Below are positions 13,055 to 26,487 of a stretch of DNA of 64,000 bases, piece by piece. The position numbers and the translations under genes were made by a program. A model generated the notes under the pieces. That model had not been told where the DNA came from. It saw only the letters and a program-made list of their open reading frames with translations, and ran no database searches. Every line of letters starts with the position of its first letter. Within the stretch, counting starts at the first letter, position 1. This DNA comes from Octopus sinensis (taxonomy: Eukaryota): positions 128,030,001 to 128,094,000 of the forward strand of contig NC_042997.1 in assembly GCF_006345805.1 (NCBI RefSeq), written 5' to 3'.

Positions 13055-13260
13055 TGGCCAAAACGGAGTTCTTCCGAAAGATCTCTAGAGAAACGTTTGT
13101 TGACAGGATACGGAGGTCGGAGATTAAGGAGTGTGAGTTGGTCACGCCAGGAAATACAGCCATACAGCCGGAAAGTCTGATGACGGAGAAGGGGTCTGTA
13201 GACTCTAACTCCCGGCCTTCTAGAATACACAGGTCATGGAGAGATGGTTGGAATAGATGT
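13055..13260 (+). mobile_element. Probable RTE-group LINE 3' fragment
   Basis: KTEFFRKISRETFVDRIRRSEIKE...SRPSRIHRSWRD resembles the EM.FLRRI.G.T..DRIR and GRP..RW.D motifs. Confidence 0.45.
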
Positions 13261-13312
13261 GAGTGTATAAATAAATGTGTATATAGTTATGGTATATATA
13301 TATAAGATTATA

Positions 13313-13368
<56 letters not shown>

Positions 13369-13399
13369 AATATATCTATATATATATATATATATATAA

Positions 13400-13590
13400 C
13401 CCATAAAAAACGAAGAACAAACACAAAACACAACAACGCGAGGACGTGGCCATGTAAATATTAGTAGACGTCCAGGGAAGGAAAGAAAGGGTGGTTTTAT
13501 GCTTCGAGCAAAGCTCTTCATCATAAACAGCAGACAGATGTAAGTTCAATAGAAAGGAAGACGAACGAAAAACATCGCCAATGATTCACA
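13400..13590 (-). mobile_element. Penelope-like terminal-repeat fragment with decayed hammerhead motif
   Basis: Minus strand gttt-atgatga-a-gagc-ttt-gctc-gaagc-ata-aaac (13493-13528), flanked by (AT)n on both sides. Confidence 0.5.
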
Positions 13591-13659
13591 TGTAATTACA
13601 TTATGCATATATATATATATATATTATATATATATATATATATATTATCTATATATATA

Positions 13660-13733
<74 letters not shown>

Positions 13734-13855
13734 TATATATATATTACACCATGCATATTATATATATATACATATATTATATATATATATAACATATATA
13801 TATATACATACATACATACTTACATAATACATACATACATACATACATACATACA

Positions 13856-13886
<31 letters not shown>

Positions 13887-14190
13887 GTTGGTTGATTTCG
13901 TATAGAGAAAGACAGCGAAAGAGTAGAAAGAGAAATACAGAGAGAGTTAACTTAAGAGGTGCAGGATGAGTGCACATATTAGGCTTAGTGGCAGGCAATG
14001 AGTAAAAAACGTCCTGCACAAATAGAGACACACGGTGAGAAAGAAAAACATCATAGAGACAGAGGAGGAGGGTTAGGAGTAAATTACTGAGTATTTATGG
14101 GAAGAAGTTACACAAATGAGAAATACGACGTTGCTCTCCGAAGACAAATTACACCGGTGACTAACCGAAACGTTCAAAGAATAAATACGC

Positions 14191-14355
14191 AGGCGCAGGA
14201 GTGGCTGTTTGGTAAGTAGCTTGCTTACCTACCACATTGTTCCGAGTTCAATCCTACTGCGTGGCACCTTCGGCAAGTATCTTCTACTATAGCCTCGGGC
14301 CGACCAAAGCCTTGTGGGTGCATTTGGTAGACGGAACTGAAAGAAACCCGTTGTA

Positions 14356-14401
<46 letters not shown>

Positions 14402-16545
14402 ATATTATATAATATATATATATATATATAACATAAATATATATATACCATATATATACATATATATACATATATATATACATATATATATATATCTATA
14501 TATGTTAGTTAGTTAGTTAATTTGGCTCAAAAGCAATAGCAAGGCCATGTAGGGGGACAATGGAGTTAAGTACAGGGTGAGTTCATGTAAAGAGTTCAGG
14601 CCACTGATGTCCAGGGAGGCTTTGAACAAAGCGGTCGTCGGCATCTTCACCATCTCGTCTGGCAGCTTGTTCCACGGATCCGCAACCCGGACGGAGAAAG
14701 CTCCTCTCCTTCGATTGAGATGAAATCGTCGCAGGTAGAGCTTTTCGGAATGACCCCGCAGCCGACGCTCTGGAGCAGGAGAAGAACAGCTCTTTCGAGA
14801 GGTTACACTTTCCGCTTATGATGTTGTGGGCGAGAATGAGATCACCACGGCGGCGGCGTTTTTCAAGAGAATAAAGGTCGAGCGTCCTCAGCCTTTCTTC
14901 GTAGGACAAATTTTTGAGACCATGAACCATGCGGGTAGCCAGCTTCTGGACTCTTTCGAGATGCTGTATGTCTTTGAGGAGTAAGGAGAAGAGGCTTGAA
15001 TCCCATACTCCAATATGGGTCTCACCAGCGTGACATAGAGTGGTAGGAATATGGCTGCTGTGAGCATTCCGAATGACCGTCGAATCAGAACAGAATTCCG
15101 CGTGCTTTGTTGGCAGCATGGACACACTGGGCCGAAGGCGAAAAGGAGGAATCCACCAAGATACCCAGGTCCTTTACCTGATCGGTCCTCTCCAGCAGCA
15201 GACGACCCGGCTCGAAATCAAGTTGAGTTGCAGGAGTAGAGCCAACAGGCAGATGACAGCACTTTGACACGTTCAGACACAGGTCCCAATCGTTAGACCA
15301 CTTCCAAATTTGGTGGAGGCATCGACGAAGATCCTCTATATCACCGCGAGGAGCGACCAGTTTGATATCGTCGGCAAATAGAAGGGTGTGTTGCGTGAGG
15401 TCGTCGGGCAGTCATTTATGAAGACTAAGAACAACAAGGGCCCAAGCACTGAACCTTGAGGCACGCCACTGCTCGCACTGAGACGTCGGACCGCGAACCA
15501 TTAACTTGGACTTGGAAGGAGCGATCTGAGAGGAAGGCACCAACCCATCGTACAATATCCGGATGGAAACTATATGCTTGAAGCTTGACAAGTAATAGGC
15601 GGTGGTTTACAGAGTCAAAAGCTTTGGCAAAGTCCATAAAACGATGTCAACAGCATCACTATCATCGAGGATGCGCGTCACCAATTCTTCCATTACTAGT
15701 AAGTTGGTCAAGCATGATCTCTTCGGCACGAAGCCGTGTTGGGAATCAGAGATAGAGGCTGTGTTTAGGAGGTGGAGCATCATACTTTTCTTAAGGATGG
15801 TTTCGAACATCTTGCTGATTATTGATGTAAGGGAAACCGGTCGGTAGTTAAGCGGGTCTTCGCGGCTCCCTTTCTTGAAAATTGGGCAGATTATCGCTGT
15901 TCTCCAGTCTGCAGGTATAACACCCGTCGCCAATGACATATTGAATAGACGTGTTAAGGGCTCGCAGATGACCGGAGCCAACGCTTTGATAACCCGTGGG
16001 TGTATGCCGTCAGAGCCGTGACCCTTGTTGACATCGAGGCCTTGAATAACACGTTTGACTTCGTCCCGCGTGATGACCAATCGAAGCATTGGAGGTACCG
16101 ATCTATCAAATGGAGGGGGTTCACGACCATCATCTTGTTTGAAAATAGTTGAAAAAGCCTCGGCAAATAATTGGCTCTGTTGATAAGGGTCCTCAATCGA
16201 TACGCCTGTTGAGTCTACCAACGTTGCAATCTGGTTGTTCAAGCGGGAATTCCGCTGGACATGGGCAAAGAAGGTTTTTGGATTGCTACTGGCATATATA
16301 TATATATTATATATATATATATATGTATCTGTGTATAAGTGTTTGTGTGTTTGTACCCCCAACATTGCTTGACAACCGATGCTGGTGTGTTTAAGTCCCC
16401 GTTACTTAGCGGTTCGGCAAAAGTGACCTACGGAATAAGTACTAGGCATACAAAGAATAAGTCCTGGGGTCGATTTGCTCGACTAAAGGCGGTGCTCCAG
16501 CATGGCCACGGTCAAATGACTGAAACAAGTTAAGGAGTAAAGAGT
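14191..16545 (+). mobile_element. SINE-A split by a LINE insertion
   Basis: Head at 14191-14355 and 3' half at ~16330-16545. The LINE sits in the internal (AT)n. Confidence 0.85.
14504..16293 (-). mobile_element. 5'-truncated CR1-clade LINE (reverse transcriptase domain, frameshifted)
   Basis: PKTFFAHV; DGIHPRVIK; PADWRTAIICPIFKKGSREDPLNYRPVSLTS; QHGFVPKRSCLTNLL; DFAKAFDSVNHRLLL; [13 protein letters not shown]; LFADDIKL (15358-15381); VRPILEYG; LERVQKLATRMV..LSYEERL..LYSLEKRRRRGDLI. (TAAC)n tail at 14504-14519. Confidence 0.95.
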
Positions 16546-16813
16546 ATATCGTTGAAATGTTCGATTAAATTTTATTTTGATGTAGGAAACAAATTTCATT
16601 TCAAAATTAGTATAATTTCATCACCTCGTATAAGGACCAAAATATTTGATTAACAGTTAAATTACAATTTTTGTATTACGCCATAGTCAAAACATTATTA
16701 CTTACAGCTCTACCTACTTCGAGTTCGACCGCCAAACACAATTTATTTAATATCCCTTGAAGTTTCAATGTTTTATAATGTAAACACGCGCGCACACACA
16801 CACACCACACACA

Positions 16814-16859
<46 letters not shown>

Positions 16860-17641
16860 TCTACTCACAGCAATATAGCAGTAAGTGATTCTTAACGAGC
16901 TCTTTGTTAAGATACGCTGTACGGAAAAAGTATTTTCGTTATGCTCGCATTCCATCTATATCACTTATTACTAAAATGCTTATTTCTGTAACTCGATTTT
17001 AAACTTGACTCTTTATTTTTTTTTTTAACTGTGATTCTTAGAACTCTTTCTATAGCAAAATTGTTGTCTTTTACAATCCAAAAACATAAATTTGCCTTAC
17101 ATACGAAACTAAAAAAAAAAATTACAAAATAAATAATGATAATAATAATAATTACAAATTCTGACGAAACGATTATCTCCCTTTCAGTTGAACGAACGCT
17201 TACTGAAACAACAGAAAGCAGAAACAGAATTCTCAGTATTTTATGCACCTTCTATTATTTTCCCCGTTAACTTCTACAATTTTTCGGTTTATTATATGAA
17301 ACGTAATTTCTGTTAAAAATTTCCTTCTCTTAGCTTTCACACAAGTTATTTCACTGCTGCAAGTACAAGCAACACAAGCTTTTGTTCAGAAAAGCAATAT
17401 TTAATATATATGTGTTTATTTAACTTAATATTTTTTGACATGAACTTACTTGCTAGTATTCCTTTCGTTTTAGCCTTCGTTATGTTTCATTATATTAGTG
17501 CTCTAGACATGATTTCATTTCATTTCATCGAACTCTTTGATAAGTTGCTTTGCACGAAAAAACAATTTCGTGATATGTATGTGTGTGTGTGAGTGTGTGT
17601 GTATATTATATATTATGTATGTATTAATGTATGGTGTATAA

Positions 17642-17706
<65 letters not shown>

Positions 17707-18069
17707 GTGTTTGTGTGTGTGTGTGTGTAGATATGTAGGTCTGTGTATCTATCCACCTCTGTCTCTCTCTCTCTATATATATATATATAGAAGTTTATAT
17801 GTATGCGTGTGTTTACGTATATATATGTATGTGTGTGTAGCGCGCGCGCGCGTGTGTGTGTGTATAGGAAGTCTATTGTAGTAGTCAAGGTAATTGGAGA
17901 AACTCTCAACTACTTCAGGTCAGTTAACTATACAAGTTTAAATGTAGGCATGATCTACGATTATTTATTCTATTATAGGTCAACTACCAGTTCCACAAAC
18001 CTGAAAGAAACCTTGAAAGCATTGCTCCAGTATGGCCGCAGCACACTTACTGATATCAAGAAAAGCAAT

Positions 18070-18290
18070 TTATCTTTCACCTGTTTCAGTCATTGGTCTA
18101 CGGCCATACTAGGACATTGCCTTGAAAGTTCCAATCGAACAGATGAACGTCAGTACATATTGTTTTTAACCCTGGTACTCATTCTATTAGTTCCTTTTGC
18201 CGAACAGCGAAGTTACAGTGACGTAAACAAACCAATACCGGTTGTCAAGCGATGGTGGAGGACAAACACCGACACAAAGACACATACATA
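18070..18290 (-). mobile_element. Diverged SINE-A 3' half
   Basis: ctgtttcagtcatt..cggccatact...ggttgtcaagcgatggtgg..gacaaacac. Confidence 0.7.
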
Positions 18291-18621
18291 GATATATGTA
18301 CATAGATATATGTACATAGATATATGTACATAAATACATAGTTGTATAAATGTTTGTTTAGATTTAAACATGTGCGTGTATTATCAACATTGAAACATTT
18401 TTATTTAATTTTGATTGGTCAACATTGAAACTTATAACGATGTTTTTCTAATTTTACACTTTTACCATTGATAAACAAAAAATATTGTTGAAACTAGTTT
18501 GATACATATGTAAATAAATGTATTTTAAACATTTACGAGTTTTTTTGAATTTAAGTGCATTTTCAGCAACACATTTTCCTATATATTTTTTTCCTGCGTG
18601 GAAACAGCACTCTCTCTTTTG

Positions 18622-18674
<53 letters not shown>

Positions 18675-18976
18675 TATTATATTATATATATTATATTATA
18701 TTAAATTAGAGATAAAACCACTATTAGGCAAATCATACAATGAAAATTTAAGGCAATACATAAGATTAATTCATTTATATTATTTTAAATATATATCAAA
18801 ATTATTAAAAAGAGATAATGAGTATAACTACGATCGTTTCATGGCTGTCCAATTCGTAAAAATTCGAGTTACAGTCAATCTTCAGGTGATTGAAATATTT
18901 ATCTTAGCGAGGTTTAACAATGAAATATATATACATACATATATACATATATGCATACATACATACATACACATAA

Positions 18977-19051
<75 letters not shown>

Positions 19052-19126
19052 AATATTATATAATATATATATATATATATATATACACATAATTTCCTGA
19101 CTCCCTGTTTTGTTCTCCAAATGTTA

Positions 19127-19295
19127 TTAAAAAGTTCCCGGACTAGTTCTTAGCACGCCAGCAGATGGTATGACACGGCTGCGTGCGCAGTAAGACCTGC
19201 AGTGACATTCATGAAGCAGTGTGCTAAGTGACATCGCTGTCTTTAATTGGTAAGTTGTGAAATTAGTGTTTTTGTGATCGCGTGTATGCTGCAGC
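19127..19295 (+). mobile_element. Probable mariner 5' non-coding end
   Basis: attaaaaagttcccggact TIR-like start and cagcagatgg..gtgacatcgctgt subterminal motifs; no ORF follows. Confidence 0.45.
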
Positions 19296-19329
19296 TTACC
19301 TACATAATATATACATGCACACACACACA

Positions 19330-19419
<90 letters not shown>

Positions 19420-19937
19420 CGTTGGACAAACAGACACAAGGACACACACACACATACATAGATATAGATATCCATATGTAACAGAATGAGTCACTAATGT
19501 AAGTTGGAAGGATTGTCTTCTATATGTAACGTGTTCGAGTTGTAACATAATGAGTGTAAGCATTTTTAGAAGACAGTTCGCAGAAAGAATCCATTTTCAG
19601 TGACTTCTTAAAGAGGCGTGAATAAAGAATATTCAGAAGGTAAGTTTATAAAACAAGCACATTGAAATTTATTCAGTAGTGTAATGAGTGCTAACAAGTG
19701 GTAACAAGGATTAATCTTGCATACGAATGAGAACCAAATATATATATGTATGCGGGACAAGAAAAATTACATGACTTACTATATACACTGAAGTTTCTAT
19801 GAAGCCGAGTGAAAGCTGAAATTAAGCGTGTAGTTGCGTGTAGTTGGAGGGGAACACAGAATGTGACGTGTCGAAGAAAGCAATGTTCCTTCTATGCCGT
19901 CAAATCCGTAGCTGGTTTGAAACCGCCGCTTCTCCAC

Positions 19938-20057
19938 TGTAGCGAGTTCTGCTGCTAGATTTTATTCATATGCCTCCAGCTCTGACTGGCTAGAATCTGC
20001 CACAACACAACTGAATTATTTCACGACAACGTAATAGATCTTTCCTGACTTGCTACA
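19938..20057 (-). repeat. Candidate 120-bp 3' LTR
   Basis: Minus strand starts TGTAGCAAG right after the PPT and ends CTCGCTACA (terminal inverted repeat). It contains AATAAA. Confidence 0.6.
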
Positions 20058-21960
20058 CTACCCTTCTGCAGACTGAAAGTCGGTATAAACAAGGAAGAGG
20101 AAAGAGAAAAATGCAAAGCAAAGGAAGAAAAAAATACAAAGCAAAATATACCAAACAATGGCAATAGAAAAGTACATTGCATACATGAGAAGTCATCAAA
20201 TGTTCAAACACCGGAAAAAAGGAAAATGAATACATTAAACAAAACAAGACAGTTAAAGGCGCTTAGGGCCAGTACATAAACAAATAGTTTCACAAAATCT
20301 TTCGGGCCAATGGACACGACGACCGCTTCGAGTTGTCGTAACGTATCCTGGTGAAGACGAGGGAGATGTTTGTGGGGCAGTGTGTGTAGTGGTGTATATG
20401 TGTGTGGGGAGATTATATGGCTCCGGGGTATTAACATCTGTGTATGCCCTTTTGGTTCTATCCACAGAGACAGTGTCTCTGGAACGATTAAAATCTATAT
20501 TAACATGTTTGTCTGAGTATGCAGGCACGCGATAAGGCCCAGAATAAGGAGAAGTGAGAGGACTTCTGACTGCATTATTTCTGACGAAAACATGGACCCA
20601 CGAGGCAATGTCTTTTGGGATCGAAGGTTTTACAGCTTGGTACCGAGTGTTCATGAGTGGCAGGACTTAAAAGTACACACAGAGTGCAAGATCTTGAGTA
20701 GAAAGATCGACTGGGCAAGCAACTGCCTCGACAAAGCCAAAGGAGCACCATACAGTAGTTAGGCTGGGGATAATCCAAGGTCCTCCTTAAACGAAGTCCG
20801 GATGCCGAGGAGTGATATGGGAAGGTACTTGCTCCACGATGGAAATGCCCCACTATTCCATTAAATGCAGGATGATAACTGGTAGTACGGATCCGTTGAG
20901 CACCTATGATTTTTATGAGCTTCGAAAAAAGGTGAGATTCGAATTGTCTACCACGGTCTATAGTGATGGTTGTATGGACACCGTAACGCGATATCCAACC
21001 TGATACCAGGGATTGCGCTGCCGATTCAGCAGAAATATCACTTAGAGGAATGGCTTCAGGCCATTCGTCTAAGTGATACAGGTCAGGATGTGCGAAAATC
21101 CATGACTGACAGGCCAGGGTCCCACGAGATCAATATGAATGTGGCGGAAACGTGCATCAGGAGTACTAAAAGGGGAACGGATGTGTTTATGCACCTTCGA
21201 CTTTTGGCATTGGAGGCAAGATCGATACCATTCAGTAATGTCACATCTCATATTTGGCCAGAAGAATCTAGCCGTTATGAGCTTTACTGAGGCTGAAACT
21301 CTAGAGTGCGAAAGACTGTGCAAAGCTTCGAATACAGCTCGTCGATGGGTCCCTGAGATGAAGGATGAGGCGAAACCGTTGACACTTCACACAATATCTG
21401 CATGTCAGCCATTGGTAGAGGCAAGTACTTCAATTTGCATGTCGCAAACTCAGATGTGTCAAGTGAATCCAAAGGAGGTTGGTCCGAGAACAAAACAGTT
21501 AGGCCAATCACGGGTGTGGATGTCAAATAATTCTGCAGCAGTGTTCTGAGCTCCGGAGATGTGCTGGACATCACTGGTAAATTGCGATACGAAGTCCAGG
21601 TGTCCAGTCTTCCTCGGTGAATACTTCTCAGGCTTGAACCGCATGGCAAAAATAAGGGGCTTATGTCGGCATAGATGGTGAAGTTCCTCCCTTCGAGGAT
21701 ATGCTAGAAATGCTTCACTGAAAGGTAGATCACCAACAATTCATGATCAAAGGTGCTGTAACGCATCTCAGCAGATTTCAGCTGCCAAGAGAAAAGGCAA
21801 GAATTTGCAGGTGTTGTTGGTGAAGCTTCTGCAATACGCCACCGAGTGCCGGACAGAAGGGTCACAGAGTAGAGCAAGGAAGAAGGGGAAATAATAAAGT
21901 AGTGGTGATCCCAAAACGAAGGTGCGCGTGCATGTGCAGAAGAGAGTATTATGTGCGTGT
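19938..21960 (-). mobile_element. Ty3/Gypsy LTR retrotransposon 3' half (RNase H, integrase, PPT, 3' LTR), decayed
   Basis: QLKSAEMRYSTFDHELLVIYLSVKHF; YSPRKTGHLDFVSQFTSDVQHISGAQN; zinc finger HSLSH...FFWPNMRCDITEWYRSCLQCQKSKVH; RFRHIHIDLVGP; PLTSPYSGPYRV; TTRSGRRVHWPERF; PPT agaagggtag at 20058-20067. Confidence 0.9.
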
Positions 21961-22346
21961 GGAAGAGGACTGGTGACCTTGACGTGTGCGTGTGTGTATG
22001 CGTAGGTGTCTGGATGTAGGGCTGGATGTCTGGATGTCTGGATGTCAATGCTAGTGTGTGCGTGGTGATATGATGTGTTGTGATGTTGTGTGGTATGGTG
22101 GTGTATAGTGTTGTGGTGTGTGGTGTGATGGTGTTGGGAGGTGGGGAGGCGAGAGTGGGGAAAGCAAGGGTGGGATTGGATTGTGTAGGGGTGGGGTGGG
22201 ATTACGAAGGAGGGTGACGATTAGAGGTAAGGGAGAAGGTGGATAGGAGTGAAGAGAAGTAGGAGTCGGAGCAAGAGAGGAGAGGTGGGTGGGAGGAAGT
22301 AGGTGTGAAGGGGAGAGAGGGGATATATATATATGTGTGTGTGTGT

Positions 22347-22513
22347 ATACGACAGGCTTCTTTCAGTTTCCGTCTACAAAATCTACTCACAAAGCTTTGA
22401 TCGGCCCGAAGCTCTAGTAGAAGGCACTTGTCCAAGGTGCCACGCAGTGGGACTGAACCTGGAACCATGTGGTTGATAAGCAAGCTACTTACCACACAGC
22501 CACTCCTGTGCCT
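22347..22513 (-). mobile_element. SINE-A 5' half
   Basis: Matches the head consensus from A box to gaagcc.gtcgta. Confidence 0.85.
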
Positions 22514-22639
22514 ATAAAGTATTCGCCATATAACTATCTGTATGTATGTATGTATGTATGTATGTATGTATGTATGTATACGCACGCATTCACATGAAGA
22601 GGGGAAGAGACAGCGAAAATAATTTTGAACTATAACACA

Positions 22640-25130
22640 GCTAGCTTATGGCATGTTTATCTGCAACATTTCTTAATTACTGCCACTACTGTTGCTACTG
22701 CAGCTGCTGCTGTTGCTGCTGCTCCGACTACTGCTACGACGAGGACGACGACGACGACCACCACCACCACCACGATCACCACCACCACAACGATCACCAA
22801 CACCACGACTACCACCACTACCACTACCACGATCACCAAGACCACCACTACCACGATCACTACCACCACCATCACTACCACCACTACCACTACCACGATC
22901 ACCAAGACCACCACTGCCACCACCACCGCCACGATCACTGCCACCACCACCACTACTACCACTTCCACTACCACGATCACCACCACCGCCACCACGATCA
23001 CCAACACCACCACCACCACGATCACCAACACCACCACCACCACGATCACCAACACCACCACCACCACTACCACCACTACCACTACCACGATCACCACCAC
23101 CGCCACCGCGATCACCAACACCACCACGATCACCAACACCACCACCACGATCCCCAACACCACCACGATCACCGCCACCACCATCATGTCCACTACATCT
23201 ATCGCCCCACGAACTCTGAAACTGCCCCCGCAACCATCTGCACCAATATAATTCCCCCAACACCAACACCAACCGCTCTCATCTCTTAATAACATTGCTA
23301 ATACCGATATAACGGCAACCACAATCGCTACCACAAAAATTACGAATACGACCATTCTAACGCCTTCACAACTGCTAACACCAGACCGCTACACACGCGA
23401 CCACTAAATGCCACCACGCACACCACCACAACCACCGCGCACACCACCACAACCACCACACACTACACACACCATCGCACACATGCGACCACTAAACACC
23501 ACAACACACGCCACCACAACCACCACACATACCACCATAACCGCCACACACACTACTACAACCACCATACACACCACCGTAACTGCTACACACACCACCA
23601 CAGCTACCACACACACCACCACAACTACCACACACACAACCATAACCACTACACACACACCACAACAACTATCACACACAACACCACAACTACCATACAC
23701 ACCACCACAACCACCACAACCACCACACATACTACCACAACCACCACACACACACCACAACCACCACACGTACTACCACAACCACCACACACACACCACA
23801 CACACACCACAACCACCACACACACACCACTACAACTCCCACTCACATCACCACAACCACCACACACACACCACAACCACCACACACACACTACAACCAC
23901 TACACACACACACCACTACAACTCCCACACACAGCACCACAACCACCACACATACTACCACAACCACCACACACAGTACCACAACCACCACACACACACT
24001 ACAACCACTACACACACACACCACTACAACTCCCACACACAGCACCACAACCACCACACATACCACCACAATCACCACACACAGCACCGCAACCACCAGA
24101 CATACTACCACAATCACCACACACACCACCACAACCCCCACACACTACCACAGGCCACCACATACAGCACTATAATCAACGCCACCTTCCCCAACACAAC
24201 CACCTGCAACACTAATAAAACCGCAAACGTCACCACTACTACTACTACGACGACAGTCACTACCACCGCCACAACCACCACTAAGGAACTCGCTCCGTTA
24301 CTATCTCTCCAACCGCCCTAAACATCCCCACACGCACCTGCAGTCATATTATTACTGTTCTAACCTCCCACGCCGCCATTAATACCTCAAACATCACCAT
24401 AATCAATGTCAATAATACAAATCCAGCCAATCCCACCACCTCTGACAACACAAACACAAGCATTAACATCCCACACACCACTACCACCACCACCGCCACC
24501 ACCACCACAACCACCACCACCACCACCATCACCACCACCACCACCACCACCACCACCATCACCACCACCACCACCACCACCACCACCACCACCACCACCA
24601 TCACCACCACCAGTACACTCAAACACTACCACTACCAGTACCCCAAATACAACCACTGTCACAACAACCACCGCCACTATAATCCCCACCACCACAATCA
24701 TCACCACACCACCACACCAGTACCCCAAACACCACCACCAATACTGCCATCACCACCGCCACTAGCAGTGCCCCACCCAAAACAATCACTACCAACGCCA
24801 TCATCACTACCAGCATCATCATCACTATAGCTATCACAATCAACACCACCACCACTACCACTACCAATACCTCCGAACCCCATCACAGCCAGTACCCCAG
24901 ACACCACCGCTGTCACAACAACAACCACAAGCACCGCCGCCACTATAATCCCCACTGCCACTATCACCACCACCACCACCAGTACTATCGCCAGTACCTC
25001 AAACACCACCACAACCACCACCGCCGCCACCATAATCATAACGACCACTACAACCACCGCCACCACCACCACCAACATTATCACCACCACCACCACCACC
25101 GCCACCAAGGCCACTACTATACTGGAGCTA
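22640..25130. repeat. 2.5-kb C/A-rich triplet-periodic low-complexity tract, including a 108-bp tandem unit
   Basis: Degenerate ACN repeats; 108-bp period at 23891 and 23999; related ~100-bp blocks near 24630 and 24890. Confidence 0.9.
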
Positions 25131-25696
25131 GCTGACTCATCAAAGTTTGTGCCAACATCCCAGTTACCAATATTGATTACTTACTGGCTTCTGATAACTG
25201 TAGCTTTTAAACGTTTACTTATTTGCACCGTATACACCCTCACCCCCACCCCCACCCCTCAGACACACGCACTGTAACATATGTACATATACAGATTTGC
25301 ACGTCCATATACACATACACACACTCACACACATACACACATACACACATACATACGTATGTACCATTGTTACTGAAAGCTGGAGACGTGCATAAAGTGC
25401 ACTGTCTAAAGCTGTTTGTCCGGGAATAATATAATATAAAACATATATTTATTGCTATATATATTGTATTTCGGTGTATAGAGAGATTGATGCGTGTATT
25501 CCTTGTAACAGACACCGTAGCAAACATACATATACGGATAATTCAACTCGCTTTTGAGAATCTTTACTGGGGTTATAACAAAAGGAAATATTCCCGTTGC
25601 TTCTGCGAAATTTGTATATACAATCAAATTATGCATACATACATAATGCACGCATGCATTTATACACAAACACACATACATATATATATATGTATG

Positions 25697-25746
<50 letters not shown>

Positions 25747-25761
25747 ATTATATATATATTA

Positions 25762-25792
<31 letters not shown>

Positions 25793-25832
25793 CTATATAT
25801 ATATATATATATATAATATATGTATATATATT

Positions 25833-25867
<35 letters not shown>

Positions 25868-25987
25868 TTTTATATATATAGATGCATAGATAGATATAGA
25901 TTACATATATAAACACGTGTATGTATTGTTTCTTTGTTTCTGTCATACTTGTCAGTCCTATCTATCTATCTATCTATCTATCTATCC

Positions 25988-26065
<78 letters not shown>

Positions 26066-26166
26066 TTGTTTGTCTGTCTGTCTATCTAACTATATACATA
26101 GATATGTATGTATATATGCATGTATGTATATGTATATAGTGTATATATATATATATATATATATAT

Positions 26167-26272
26167 AACGGGAAGCTTTATGAAAATAAACAAAAGACGA
26201 AGGCAGGTGGAAAACAAACGAACAATTGTATTAGTATGGCGCTCAGGAAATATAAATAAAACAGCCATACAA
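26167..26272 (-). mobile_element. Partial copy of the repeat family at 30657 and 55596
   Basis: Reverse complement of tttatatttcctgagcgccatactaatacaattg...cacctgccttcgtcttttg..ttttcataaagcttcccgttata (55710-55835). Confidence 0.8.
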
Positions 26273-26419
26273 ATACATACGTATCTATGTGTTTATATAT
26301 ATATAATGTATAAAATTATATGTGTATGTATATATACACCACATCCATCACTGTATAATCTATTAATATATGTATATATATATATATGTGCATATATATA
26401 TGTGCATATATATATATAT

Positions 26420-26472
<53 letters not shown>

Positions 26473-26487
26473 TATATATGTATATCA

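Noticed and set aside
19920-19937. Primer-binding site after the LTR (TGGAGAAGCGGCGG), implying a tandem element
   Set aside because: I cannot match it to a tRNA 3' end, and no gag-like sequence follows.
23860-24130. CRISPR-like or other spaced repeat array
   Set aside because: The units are contiguous low-complexity tandem repeats without unique spacers, in a eukaryotic context with no cas genes.
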